Source: Trueperaceae bacterium
Lineage (GTDB): Bacteria > Deinococcota > Deinococci > Deinococcales > Trueperaceae
Reading direction: 5' to 3'
Length of the DNA stretch: 34,971 nt
Assembly: GCA_040905465.1 (NCBI GenBank)
Contig: JBBDRK010000029.1
Coordinates: 110,165-145,135, forward strand
In this document: positions 26,880 through 34,901 of the stretch, in pieces
Numbering within the stretch: the first letter of the stretch is position 1
How the letters are laid out: every line of letters begins with the position of its first letter
Notes under the pieces: generated by a model
The model's input: only the letters and a program-made list of their open reading frames with translations
Told to the model about the DNA's origin: nothing
Databases searched by the model: none
Program-made: the position numbers and the translations under genes

Positions 26880-28991
26880 GTGAACTGCGCCTCGTGCGGC
26901 GCGGCGAACCCGCCGCAGTCGCGCTTCTGTGCCATGTGCGGAGAGCAGCTGCGACCCTCCGGGAGCCGCGAGCGCCGGCGGGTGAGCGTGGTGTTCATCG
27001 ACCTTACGGCCTTCACCACCCTTACGCTCGGATTCGACCCCGAGGAGTTGCGCGACCTCGCAGATGAGGTCCTGACCGTGGTAGCCGGCGTGATCGAAGA
27101 CTACGACGGCTACGTCGACGCCTTTCGCGGTGACGGCCTGATAGCCCTGTTCGGCGCGCCACGCTCTCATCCCGACGACCCGCAGCGGGCCGTGCTGGCA
27201 GCCGCCGCGGGCTTGCGGGCGATCGAGACGATCGGCCGCGCCAAGGGGTACCCGCTCAAGGGCCGGGCCGGCGTGAATACCGGCATCGTGATCGCCGGAG
27301 CGGTCGGTTCCGGGCGGGTGCGCGACTACACGGTGATGGGCTCGACCGTGAACCTCGCCGCCCGGCTGGAAGCGGCCGCGATTCCCGGTGAAGTGTGGGT
27401 CGGTCCCGAGACGTTCGAGTCCACCCGTCACCGGCTGGTGTACCAGACGAGCCCACCGGTCCGGCTGGCCGGCTTCCCCAACGTCAGGCACGCCTACCGG
27501 CTCGTTTCCACGTTGGAGCAGTACGACGTCGACCCCTACGGCCATCTGGAGTTCGTGGGCCGCACCAAGGAACTGGCCACGCTCGAGGAGCGCTTCCGCC
27601 GCGCTCACAAGAGTGGCCGGTCGCACGAGGTCCTGCTGCTGGGCGAAGCGGGCAGCGGCAAGACCCGGCTCCTGCGGGAGTTCAGCCGCTCTCTCGCCCG
27701 CGAGGGGGTTCAGTCGCTGTGGATCGTCGGCACGCCCACGGAGGGCTACTCGTGGAATCAGCTCGCCCGGCAGTTGTTCGGACTGCAGGATGGCGAGGAG
27801 ACGCGAGTTCGGTTGCAGCGGGTAAGCCACGGCCTGCAGTCGCTGCTCCCCGACGACGCACCCAGCCACCGGCTGATGCTCGCCTCGCTCGGCCTGAGTG
27901 GCGAGCCGGTGAGGCAAGCGGCGCGTAGCGGTTCCCCGGATCCGGTAACCCGGGCGTGGCGCGACGCGGTGGTGGCGGCCGCGCGGCGCAGTCCCGGTGG
28001 GCTCCTGCTGGCCGTCGACAGCAACTCGCACGACCCGCAACTTCAGCGGCTGTTGTCGCTGCTCGCCGAAGCGGAGGCGCCGCTCGTGCTGGTTCGCACC
28101 GGCCGTGACAGGAACAGCCCGGCGGGAGCGGACGCTCTGCCACTGGAGCCGCTCGACCTCGAGGCCAGTGTCGCGCTGCTCAACCAACTCGCCAACCCGA
28201 TCCTCAAGGTGGCGGTCGAATCGCTGATATTTCAGGTAAGCGGGGTGCCCGCCTACATCATCGAACTCGGTCGGGCGCTGTCGTCCACCCGCTCCGGCTC
28301 GTTCTCGGGCTCGCTCGCGTCGCTACTGCAGGCACGGCTGGACCTGCTGGCCCCGAGCGAGCGCCAGATGCTGGCCCTCGCGGCGCTGACCGGCGAGCGG
28401 ACTTGGGAGCGGTTGCTGGTGGACGTCTCGGAGAGCGCCGGCGACGCCGAACTGCAGCGGTTGCTCAAGGAGAACCTGCTGGTCACCGAGGCCTCGTCGG
28501 CCCTGCCGGGACAGGTGGCCTACCGCTTCCAGAGCGAGCTGCTGCGCCACGCGGTGCTGAGGATGATTCCCTTCGGCGACCGTCCGCTCCTGCACCTGAA
28601 GATCGCCACCTGGCTCGAGCAGCACGCACCGCTCGCGCTGTCGGAGACCATCGGCCATCACTTTCGCGAGGGGGGCACGCCCGAGGCCGCCTACCCGCAC
28701 TACCTGGCCGCCGCGGACCTGGCCGCCTCCCTGCACGATCCGCGGGCAGAGACGCTCTTCGACGCCCTTCTGGACCTGGAGTTGCCCGCCGAGCTCATGG
28801 CCCAGGGACTGCTCGCCTACGCCCAGGCAGCGCTGAGCATGGGGCGGCTCGAGCATTCGGCCAGGCAGCTCGACGCCGCCGACCGCTGGATGGAGCGGGC
28901 CGACCCCACGCTGCGCGACGACCTTCGCGACGCGCGCAACCGCCTGAGATCCGACCTGGCGGAGTCGTTGGGCGAGCAACAGGCTACCTGA
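26880..28991 (+). CDS. Double zinc ribbon + class III nucleotidyl cyclase + AAA/STAND-like P-loop + helical C-terminus
   Basis: CASC..CAMC, ERRRVSVVFIDL, GDG, YTVMGSTVNLAARL, FVGR..EL, GEAGSGKTRL. Confidence 0.9.
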   Translation: MNCASCGAANPPQSRFCAMCGEQLRPSGSRERRRVSVVFIDLTAFTTLTLGFDPEELRDLADEVLTVVAGVIEDYDGYVDAFRGDGLIALFGAPRSHPDDPQRAVLAAAAGLRAIETIGRAKGYPLKGRAGVNTGIVIAGAVGSGRVRDYTVMGSTVNLAARLEAAAIPGEVWVGPETFESTRHRLVYQTSPPVRLAGFPNVRHAYRLVSTLEQYDVDPYGHLEFVGRTKELATLEERFRRAHKSGRSHEVLLLGEAGSGKTRLLREFSRSLAREGVQSLWIVGTPTEGYSWNQLARQLFGLQDGEETRVRLQRVSHGLQSLLPDDAPSHRLMLASLGLSGEPVRQAARSGSPDPVTRAWRDAVVAAARRSPGGLLLAVDSNSHDPQLQRLLSLLAEAEAPLVLVRTGRDRNSPAGADALPLEPLDLEASVALLNQLANPILKVAVESLIFQVSGVPAYIIELGRALSSTRSGSFSGSLASLLQARLDLLAPSERQMLALAALTGERTWERLLVDVSESAGDAELQRLLKENLLVTEASSALPGQVAYRFQSELLRHAVLRMIPFGDRPLLHLKIATWLEQHAPLALSETIGHHFREGGTPEAAYPHYLAAADLAASLHDPRAETLFDALLDLELPAELMAQGLLAYAQAALSMGRLEHSARQLDAADRWMERADPTLRDDLRDARNRLRSDLAESLGEQQAT

Positions 28992-29931
28992 GGATCAGCG
29001 GCGGCAGGACCTGCTCGATCCGCTCTCGCTGCTCCTCCAGCCAGGGCGGGAGAATCAGCGAGCGACCGAGCTCCTCGGGATTCTCGTCGATTGCGAAGCC
29101 GGGGCCGTCGGTCGCCAGTTCGAAGAGGACGCCGCCGGGCTCCATGAAGTAGACCGACTTGAACCAAAACCGATCGATCAGCTCGGTAGGATGCCGACCG
29201 GCGGCCGCCACCCTCTCCCGCAACGCCAGCTCGGCCTCGACGTCCGGCAGGCGCCAGGCGATGTGATGGACGCTGCCCACGCCCCAGGCGCCACGCCGCT
29301 CCTGCGGCAGCTCGCGGATCTCCAGGGTCGCCCCCGAGCCTCCCCCGGCCACGCCGAAGCGGTGCCAGCCGTCCTCGGCGCCCAGGTTCTCGAAGCCCAG
29401 GACTTGCAGCAGGAAGGTCTCGGTGGGCGCCAGGTCGCGCACCCACAGACGGGCCGAGTGCAGGCCGCGCACCTGCTTGTCGGTCGCAACCGGCCCCTGC
29501 TCCCAGGGCGAGAAAGCCCTGTCTTCGCCGATCTCCACCAGCGCCAACTCCAGGCCGTGCGGGTCCCGGAACGGCAATGCTCTCTCCCCGAAGCGCTGCA
29601 CCGGCGTGCCCACTGTGACCGAGTGGGCGGCGAGCCGCTCGCCCCAGTAATTCAGGGTTCCGGAGGGCACCGCCAGGGACACCTCTACCGTCAGGCCGAC
29701 ACCCTTCCTGCTGGGCGCCGAACGCGACAATGGAATAGACCATGGAAAGAAGGTGAGGTCGGTGCCAGGGTTGCCTTCGTTGTCCGCGTAGAACAGATGG
29801 TAGGTACCGGGATCGTCCTGATTGACGCTCCGCTTCACCAGACGCATGCCCAGAACGCCGCTGTAGAAGTCCAGATTCTCCTGGGCAGGTCCCGCGATCG
29901 CCGTGATGTGATGAATGCCGTGGACGCTCAT
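28984..29931 (-). CDS. Ring-cleaving dioxygenase / VOC-glyoxalase (MhqO/MhqA-like)
   Basis: GIHHIT, VKRSVNQDDPGTYHLFY, VHHIAWR, DRFWFKSVYF.EPGGVLFELATDGPGF; TAACCT 5 nt before the ATG. Confidence 0.92.
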   Translation of the reverse strand: MSVHGIHHITAIAGPAQENLDFYSGVLGMRLVKRSVNQDDPGTYHLFYADNEGNPGTDLTFFPWSIPLSRSAPSRKGVGLTVEVSLAVPSGTLNYWGERLAAHSVTVGTPVQRFGERALPFRDPHGLELALVEIGEDRAFSPWEQGPVATDKQVRGLHSARLWVRDLAPTETFLLQVLGFENLGAEDGWHRFGVAGGGSGATLEIRELPQERRGAWGVGSVHHIAWRLPDVEAELALRERVAAAGRHPTELIDRFWFKSVYFMEPGGVLFELATDGPGFAIDENPEELGRSLILPPWLEEQRERIEQVLPPLILR

Positions 29932-29971
29932 GCGTCAGGTTAGCGCGAGCAACTCGCGCCAGTCCGCCGCC

Positions 29972-30253
29972 TCAGTACCAGTCTCCGCTGATCCTGGCGC
30001 GGCGCTGCCGCCTTTGGCCGTTCGCAGCCATCAGCAACGGCACGCGCGAGGGGACGCCGGGCGACCGGCGCGGCCTGCCGCTCTGCCGGCCGTTCTCACT
30101 GGTACCCACCCGCAGCCGCCCCAACCCGCCTCTGCCACCGGCGACCGCGGCGGCATGCCGCCCCTCCAGCCAGTCGTTGATGCCGACCAACAAGCTGCCC
30201 ACCACGATTACCGCGAAAAAGGCGGCCGCCGCCAGGATTACCGGTTCAGCCAC
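29972..30253 (-). CDS. Small membrane protein, single N-terminal TM with basic tail (hypothetical)
   Basis: PVILAAAAFFAVIVVGSLLVGI hydrophobic helix; strong promoter upstream; start uncertain (open to 30292). Confidence 0.45.
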   Translation of the reverse strand: MAEPVILAAAAFFAVIVVGSLLVGINDWLEGRHAAAVAGGRGGLGRLRVGTSENGRQSGRPRRSPGVPSRVPLLMAANGQRRQRRARISGDWY

Positions 30254-30339
30254 GAGAACATCCCCGACCTTCGGCCACCGCACTCGAGGCACTCGCAGTG
30301 CTGATTCGTCTGTGGTTGGAGTGGCTGTTCATTGCCCGC

Positions 30340-30368
30340 AGTTTATACCTTAGTTATTAAGGCGTCAA
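30340..30368 (-). promoter_or_regulatory. Sigma70-type promoter TTGACG-N17-TAAACT with palindrome CCTTA-N5-TAAGG in the spacer
   Basis: -35 at 30368-30363, -10 at 30345-30340, palindrome at 30348-30362. Confidence 0.75.
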
Positions 30369-30476
30369 GTGTTGGGGCGGCCTCACCGAGGCCTGCGCCG
30401 GCAAGGGTTAGACTCGGCGCAGATGCAGGACCTCGATACGGCCCGTTCGGGACGGTTCGTGGGCCGGGAGCAGACG

Positions 30477-31466
30477 ATGTTGATTCCCATCGAAGACATT
30501 CTGGTCGCGCGCGAGCGCCTGGCGCCTTACCTGCCGCCTACCCCGGTGACGTCTGCCGACAGCTATCATCCGCGACTCCGGGCCACGGTGATGCTGAAAC
30601 TCGAACTGTTCCAGCCTACCGCGGCGTTCAAGGTACGCGGCGCCCTGAACGCGTTGCTGTGCCTGGAGCCCGACGCCAGACGCCGCGGCGTGATCGCCTC
30701 GTCTGCCGGCAACCACGGGCTGGGCATCGCCTACGCCGCCGCCCGGCTCAACAGCCCGGCGACGGTCGTTCTGCCATCCAGCGCCCCGGCGCGGCGGGCG
30801 ACCCTGATTGAGTGGCTGGGAGCCACGGTGGTGGTGCACGGCGAGGACTGGAACGCCGCCAATAGCCACGCGCTCGAGCTCGCGGAGAGCCTGGGCCTCA
30901 GCTACGTCAGCCCCTTCGACGACCCGGCGATCATGGCGGGCCAGGGAACCGTCGCACTCGAGCTGCTCGACCAGGTGCCGGCACTGGACGCCGTCATCTG
31001 CTCGGTAGGCGGAGGCGGACTCATTTCGGGTGTCGCCTCGGCGTTGCGTGCGCTTCGTCCCGAGGTGCGAGTGATAGGGGTGGAGACCGAGGGGGCCGAC
31101 TGCATGGCGCGCAGCCTGGCGGCCGGCAAGATCGTGGGGCTGGAGCGGTTCACGTCCATCGCCACCAGCCTCGGAACGCGCCGCACTCAGGACCGCCCGT
31201 TCGCAATAGTGCGTGAGGCGGTCGAACGGGTGGAAGTGGTGTCGGACCGCGAGGCACTAGTGGAGCTCCTGCGGCTGCTCGACGACGAGAAGATCCTGGT
31301 GGAGCCGGCGGCCTCCTGCACCCTCGCGGCCCTGACGGCGGGCAAGGTGCCGGATCTCGAGGGAGCGGTGATAGCTCCGGTGATGTGCGGAGCCAACGTG
31401 ACGCTCGCCCAGGTGAGCGCCTGGCAGCAGCAGTTGCTGCAACAACCCGCGCCCTCGGCAGACTGA
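30477..31466 (+). CDS. PLP-dependent threonine/serine dehydratase (fold type II, no regulatory domain)
   Basis: LKLELFQPTAAFKVRGA, SSAGNHG, GQGT, SVGGGGL, LVEP, CGAN; alternative in-frame start 30423. Confidence 0.9.
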   Translation: MLIPIEDILVARERLAPYLPPTPVTSADSYHPRLRATVMLKLELFQPTAAFKVRGALNALLCLEPDARRRGVIASSAGNHGLGIAYAAARLNSPATVVLPSSAPARRATLIEWLGATVVVHGEDWNAANSHALELAESLGLSYVSPFDDPAIMAGQGTVALELLDQVPALDAVICSVGGGGLISGVASALRALRPEVRVIGVETEGADCMARSLAAGKIVGLERFTSIATSLGTRRTQDRPFAIVREAVERVEVVSDREALVELLRLLDDEKILVEPAASCTLAALTAGKVPDLEGAVIAPVMCGANVTLAQVSAWQQQLLQQPAPSAD

Positions 31467-31470
31467 CGAC

Positions 31471-31504
31471 GACCACGGCGACCACGGCGACCACGGCGGC
31501 CACC
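31471..31504. repeat. 9-bp tandem repeat (GACCACGGC)x3 plus a degenerate copy
   Basis: Read directly just after the dehydratase stop. Confidence 0.8.
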
Positions 31505-31636
31505 TGGACGGCGACGTCAAGGTCGCCAGCCGCAACGGCGGTCCCTGCGGTTACGGCGGCACCGGCGGTTTCGGCGGCGGCGCCGACCGGCGAGACAGCG
31601 ACGCGCTGGGTATGCTGCTCACGGAGGTAGGCAGGA

Positions 31637-32425
31637 ATGAACACTTGGTTATGGATCGGCGGGGCGCTCCTGTTGGGGGTGGTCCTGGGGGCCGCTGTCA
31701 GCACTTGGCTGACGCGGCGCAACGGCTCCGACAAGGAGACCGTCAACCGCCTTCGCGGCGAGATCGAGGACTACAAGCACGAGGTGAGCGAGCACTTCGT
31801 GCAGACGGCGGAACTGGTCAACACCCTTACCCGTTCGTACAAGGCGGTCTACGACCACCTGGAGCACGGCGCCTACCGACTGGTGGGCGAGGAATCGCTG
31901 CGCAAGGAGCTCGACAACGTGGATTCCGAGCCGGTGCAACTGGAGTACATCGGCCGCCGCGACGGAGCGGACGTGCTCGGAGCGCGGCCCAAGCGTGGCC
32001 CATCTCGGCCAGCCGCAAGCACGCCTGGATCGGCCCAGGCTGGTGTGCCCCGGACCGGCGCAACGCAGTCTGCCTCGGCCCGGGCCGACGCCTCCAACCC
32101 TGCCGCGTCCCAGAGCGGCACGTCCCATACTGGCGCCGCTCAGTCTGGCGCTGCTCAAACCGGCACGTCTCAGTCTGGCGCGGCCCAGTCTGACGCTGCC
32201 CTATCTGGCACCACCCGGTCTAATGCCGCCCAGCCTGGCGCCGCCAATGTCGCCGCAGAAGAGTCTGCTGTCACGGAGACGCCTGCGGATCCCTCGCCGG
32301 CAGCACACGACGAACCCGAAGAGCCGACACCCGAACCTGAACGTCCAAACGCCGAGGAACCCAAGGCGGCGGAGCCCGCCGGCGATGACGCCTCCAGCGA
32401 GGACGGAAAGGACCCTGTTCGCTAG
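31637..32425 (+). CDS. YhcB/ZapG (DUF1043)-like protein with long repetitive and acidic tail
   Basis: N-terminal TM, then EDYKHEVSEHFVQTAELVNTLTRSYKAVYDHL.GA, matching the DUF1043 pattern. Confidence 0.82.
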   Translation: MNTWLWIGGALLLGVVLGAAVSTWLTRRNGSDKETVNRLRGEIEDYKHEVSEHFVQTAELVNTLTRSYKAVYDHLEHGAYRLVGEESLRKELDNVDSEPVQLEYIGRRDGADVLGARPKRGPSRPAASTPGSAQAGVPRTGATQSASARADASNPAASQSGTSHTGAAQSGAAQTGTSQSGAAQSDAALSGTTRSNAAQPGAANVAAEESAVTETPADPSPAAHDEPEEPTPEPERPNAEEPKAAEPAGDDASSEDGKDPVR

Positions 32426-32447
32426 CGCCGCCATCGACTGGCGGCAG

Positions 32448-32948
32448 GTGTTGCTGCCGGAGACGCCGCTTCTCGAGATCATCGTGCGCGGCTCGCTGGT
32501 CTATCTGGCGCTCTTCGTGATCCTGCGGTTCGGGATCCGCCGCCAGGTAGGCGAGATGGGCATAACCGACCTGCTGGTGGTGGTCTTGATTGCCGACGCG
32601 GCGCAGAACGCCATGGGCCACGACTACGGCTCAGTGGCCGACGGCCTGATCCTGGTTCTGGTGATCGCCTTCTGGGCGTTCGCTATCGACTGGCTCGGAT
32701 TCCACGTTCCGGCGTTCGCCACCCTCGCCAGGCCGAAACCCAAGACCCTGGTGTTCCGCGGCAGGACGCTGCCCAGGAACATGGCCCGTGAGCTGATCAC
32801 CGAAGACGAGCTCGACACCATGCTGCGCGAGCAGGGCGTCGAAGATATCCGCGATGTCCGCGAGGCGCGCATGGAGCCCGATGGCCGCCTGAGCGTGATC
32901 ACCGAGCACAGGCGACCGTCACGGCCGCCGCGGCGGCGTATCCGTTGA
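32448..32948 (+). CDS. DUF421 (YetF-like) membrane protein
   Basis: IVRGSLVYL, DLLVVVLIADAAQNAM, LREQGV, EPDGRLSV; start uncertain (32415-32448). Confidence 0.85.
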   Translation: MLLPETPLLEIIVRGSLVYLALFVILRFGIRRQVGEMGITDLLVVVLIADAAQNAMGHDYGSVADGLILVLVIAFWAFAIDWLGFHVPAFATLARPKPKTLVFRGRTLPRNMARELITEDELDTMLREQGVEDIRDVREARMEPDGRLSVITEHRRPSRPPRRRIR

Positions 32949-32985
32949 ACATGCTCCCTATGCCCTGACCCGAAGCCTTGCCCGC

Positions 32986-33399
32986 TCACAGCAAGCGAAA
33001 GAAAACGTTGCGCAACTCCTGAATATCCGAGAGATTTTCCTGAAGGACGCTATGAACGATGCGCCGATCAACCTCTAGATAATCGTGAACGAGGATATTT
33101 CGGAAACCTATGATTTTGATCCATCGCTCGCACTGCTCGGCATTGACATAACCGTGATCTTTGAGCAGGGTGGGAATATCGCGATACCTAGTGATGGTAC
33201 CTAGCCCTCTTGTGGCTACCAGATGCGCTCCCATGTCCATGAGAGCTTCCACAGCCAGCTGCAGAAATCGCTCGGCACTACCGTAACGCTCCGGCTCCTC
33301 GATGAACTCGTCGAAAGAGTAGCGTCCTAGCTTTGAGAGAATCGAAAGCGTTACGTCCAGGCTCCTCAGCCGTCGGTGGAGGATCTCCTCATCCAGCAT
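32986..33399 (-). CDS. HEPN RNase toxin (DUF86 / HepT-like)
   Basis: FRNILVHDY (RX4HXY), ER.LQLAVE; ATG 33399 overlaps the MNT end. Confidence 0.9.
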   Translation of the reverse strand: MLDEEILHRRLRSLDVTLSILSKLGRYSFDEFIEEPERYGSAERFLQLAVEALMDMGAHLVATRGLGTITRYRDIPTLLKDHGYVNAEQCERWIKIIGFRNILVHDYLEVDRRIVHSVLQENLSDIQELRNVFFRLL

Positions 33400-33799
33400 T
33401 TGACTGTAGCTGCTTGAAAATTCTTCGCTGCCTTCGAAGGTAGGGCTCGATGTCAAGATACTTGCGAACGACCTCCGAATAGGCGGTGCCACGGTCAAAA
33501 TCCTCACGAGCGTAAAGAACGACGTTGGGTGCAATTGCCGCGTAGTTGAGGAGCGCATCATCCCCGTCCAGAATGACTAGATCCACCTTGTCCAGCCCTA
33601 TACGGGTTAGGTCTCCTAGAATTTCGAGCTTTCTCTCGCGTAAACCATCGCCGCCTGGGATCAGTGCCACGTCAATATCGCTGGTTGGATTAGCCTTGCC
33701 GGATGCCCATGAACCGAACAGATAAACCGCCAATACGTCAGGGTACCGACGAAATACATCGGCCAACTCGCCCGTATCGACTGGAAGTTCCCGTACCAT
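33389..33799 (-). CDS. Minimal nucleotidyltransferase antitoxin (MntA-like)
   Basis: YLFGSWASGKANPTSDIDVA (GSX10DXD), VDLVIL; TAGACT 7 nt before ATG 33799. Confidence 0.9.
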   Translation of the reverse strand: MVRELPVDTGELADVFRRYPDVLAVYLFGSWASGKANPTSDIDVALIPGGDGLRERKLEILGDLTRIGLDKVDLVILDGDDALLNYAAIAPNVVLYAREDFDRGTAYSEVVRKYLDIEPYLRRQRRIFKQLQSNAG

Positions 33800-34150
33800 T
33801 GCCACTAGTCTAGCCCGGAAGTTACAAGTATTCCCGTTGTCTGTCCCCATGCCGAACGTCGACCTACCGCTTCCAGGGAAAGCGAATAACGTGCTGCTAA
33901 AATTCCTTCGGTCGGTTAGAACATTGTTGCTACAAACTATGCAAAAAGGTGGCGGGCGAGTCATCTTCGGCTAGTTTTTTCACCGGCAATAGCGGTAAAT
34001 CTGCTCAAATGACTGGCGGACGCCGCGTATTGCCGGCGAAAGATTCCGCCAGAAAGCGACTTTCGTTGGAACATCGTACTAACGCGTCCAGGGAATTCGA
34101 CACAGCTATATATCAGCCGTCAATCCGGAAGAAAGGCGACACCAAATCCG

Positions 34151-34211
34151 GTCTCACGGCTCGGCGTCTCGAGTGCCTGCCTTCGTCTCGAGTGCCTGGC
34201 TTGGGTCTCGA
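34151..34211. repeat. Tandem GTCTCGAGTGCCTG repeats (about 19-20 nt period), with another copy at 34949-34971
   Basis: Full copies at 34166-34179, 34185-34198 and 34958-34971; partial copies at 34151 and 34205. Confidence 0.85.
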
Positions 34212-34398
34212 CTATTCTGCTTGAGTTTCGATTGCCCGCCTAAAGGCCGTGCGCTCCTCGGCACGTGCCAAATAGCCAGACATCCAGGGCGATTTCCCGC
34301 CGACAATTGAACTCGTAGGCGCTCGACAATGTGCCAGGACTCTTAAAGAGAAGCGGAGCTTTTTCGGGGGACAGGGAAACCAGGATGCGAGGAACCGA

Positions 34399-34695
34399 TT
34401 GTTCAGTGTTGACTCGCCGCACATAAGCTGGGACAAGGTCAACCGGCGCAAGATCCGCCATCGCCAAATCAGGGAAGTGGAGGTAGCACAGGCCTTTGCA
34501 GATCGGTACTCAGACATTCGCCGCACTGCCAGGGGAACCTATACCCCCAAGTACAAGCGGTACATTCTGATTGGTCAAAGTGAGAGCGGAAGACTGCTTA
34601 AGATTCCCTTCGACGTTATCGAGGGAAAAGTTCGACCCGTTACTGCCTATGATGCGGGAAAACGGGATCATGCCCTATATTGGAGGCATCGATGA
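34399..34695 (+). CDS. BrnT-like (RelE-fold) toxin
   Basis: WDKVNRRK..H.I...EV.QAF, RYILIG.SESGRLL, VRPVTAY; ATGA overlap with the antitoxin. Confidence 0.75.
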   Translation: MFSVDSPHISWDKVNRRKIRHRQIREVEVAQAFADRYSDIRRTARGTYTPKYKRYILIGQSESGRLLKIPFDVIEGKVRPVTAYDAGKRDHALYWRHR

Positions 34696-34901
34696 GTAAC
34701 GAGGTCAAACAGAGGGGTGCCGAGCGTAAGCTCATCACTCGCCTGGAAGACGTTCCGGAGACTTTTGCGTCCCGCGAGGAAGAGGCCGAGTGGTGGGACA
34801 GCCACGACATCGACGATAGCCTCCTGGAGAGCGGACCGGAGGTTCGAGCTGAACTGTTTAAGCAGCTAGGCGCCGAAGACCCGCAAGAGGGCCAGTCCTA
34901 G
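34692..34901 (+). CDS. BrnA/CopG-family antitoxin N-terminal domain (no C-terminal RHH)
   Basis: VPETFASREEEAEWWDSHD motif; SD GGAGG. Confidence 0.75.
   Translation: MSNEVKQRGAERKLITRLEDVPETFASREEEAEWWDSHDIDDSLLESGPEVRAELFKQLGAEDPQEGQS

Noticed and set aside
31385-31630. Thr/Ala-rich 81-aa ORF between the dehydratase and DUF1043
   Set aside because: It overlaps the dehydratase end and derives from tandem repeats; no SD or suitably placed -10
33850-34398. ORFs 33949..34224, 34212..34526 and 34240..34467 as genes
   Set aside because: No recognisable motifs or initiation signals; they overlap repeats or the BrnT-like gene
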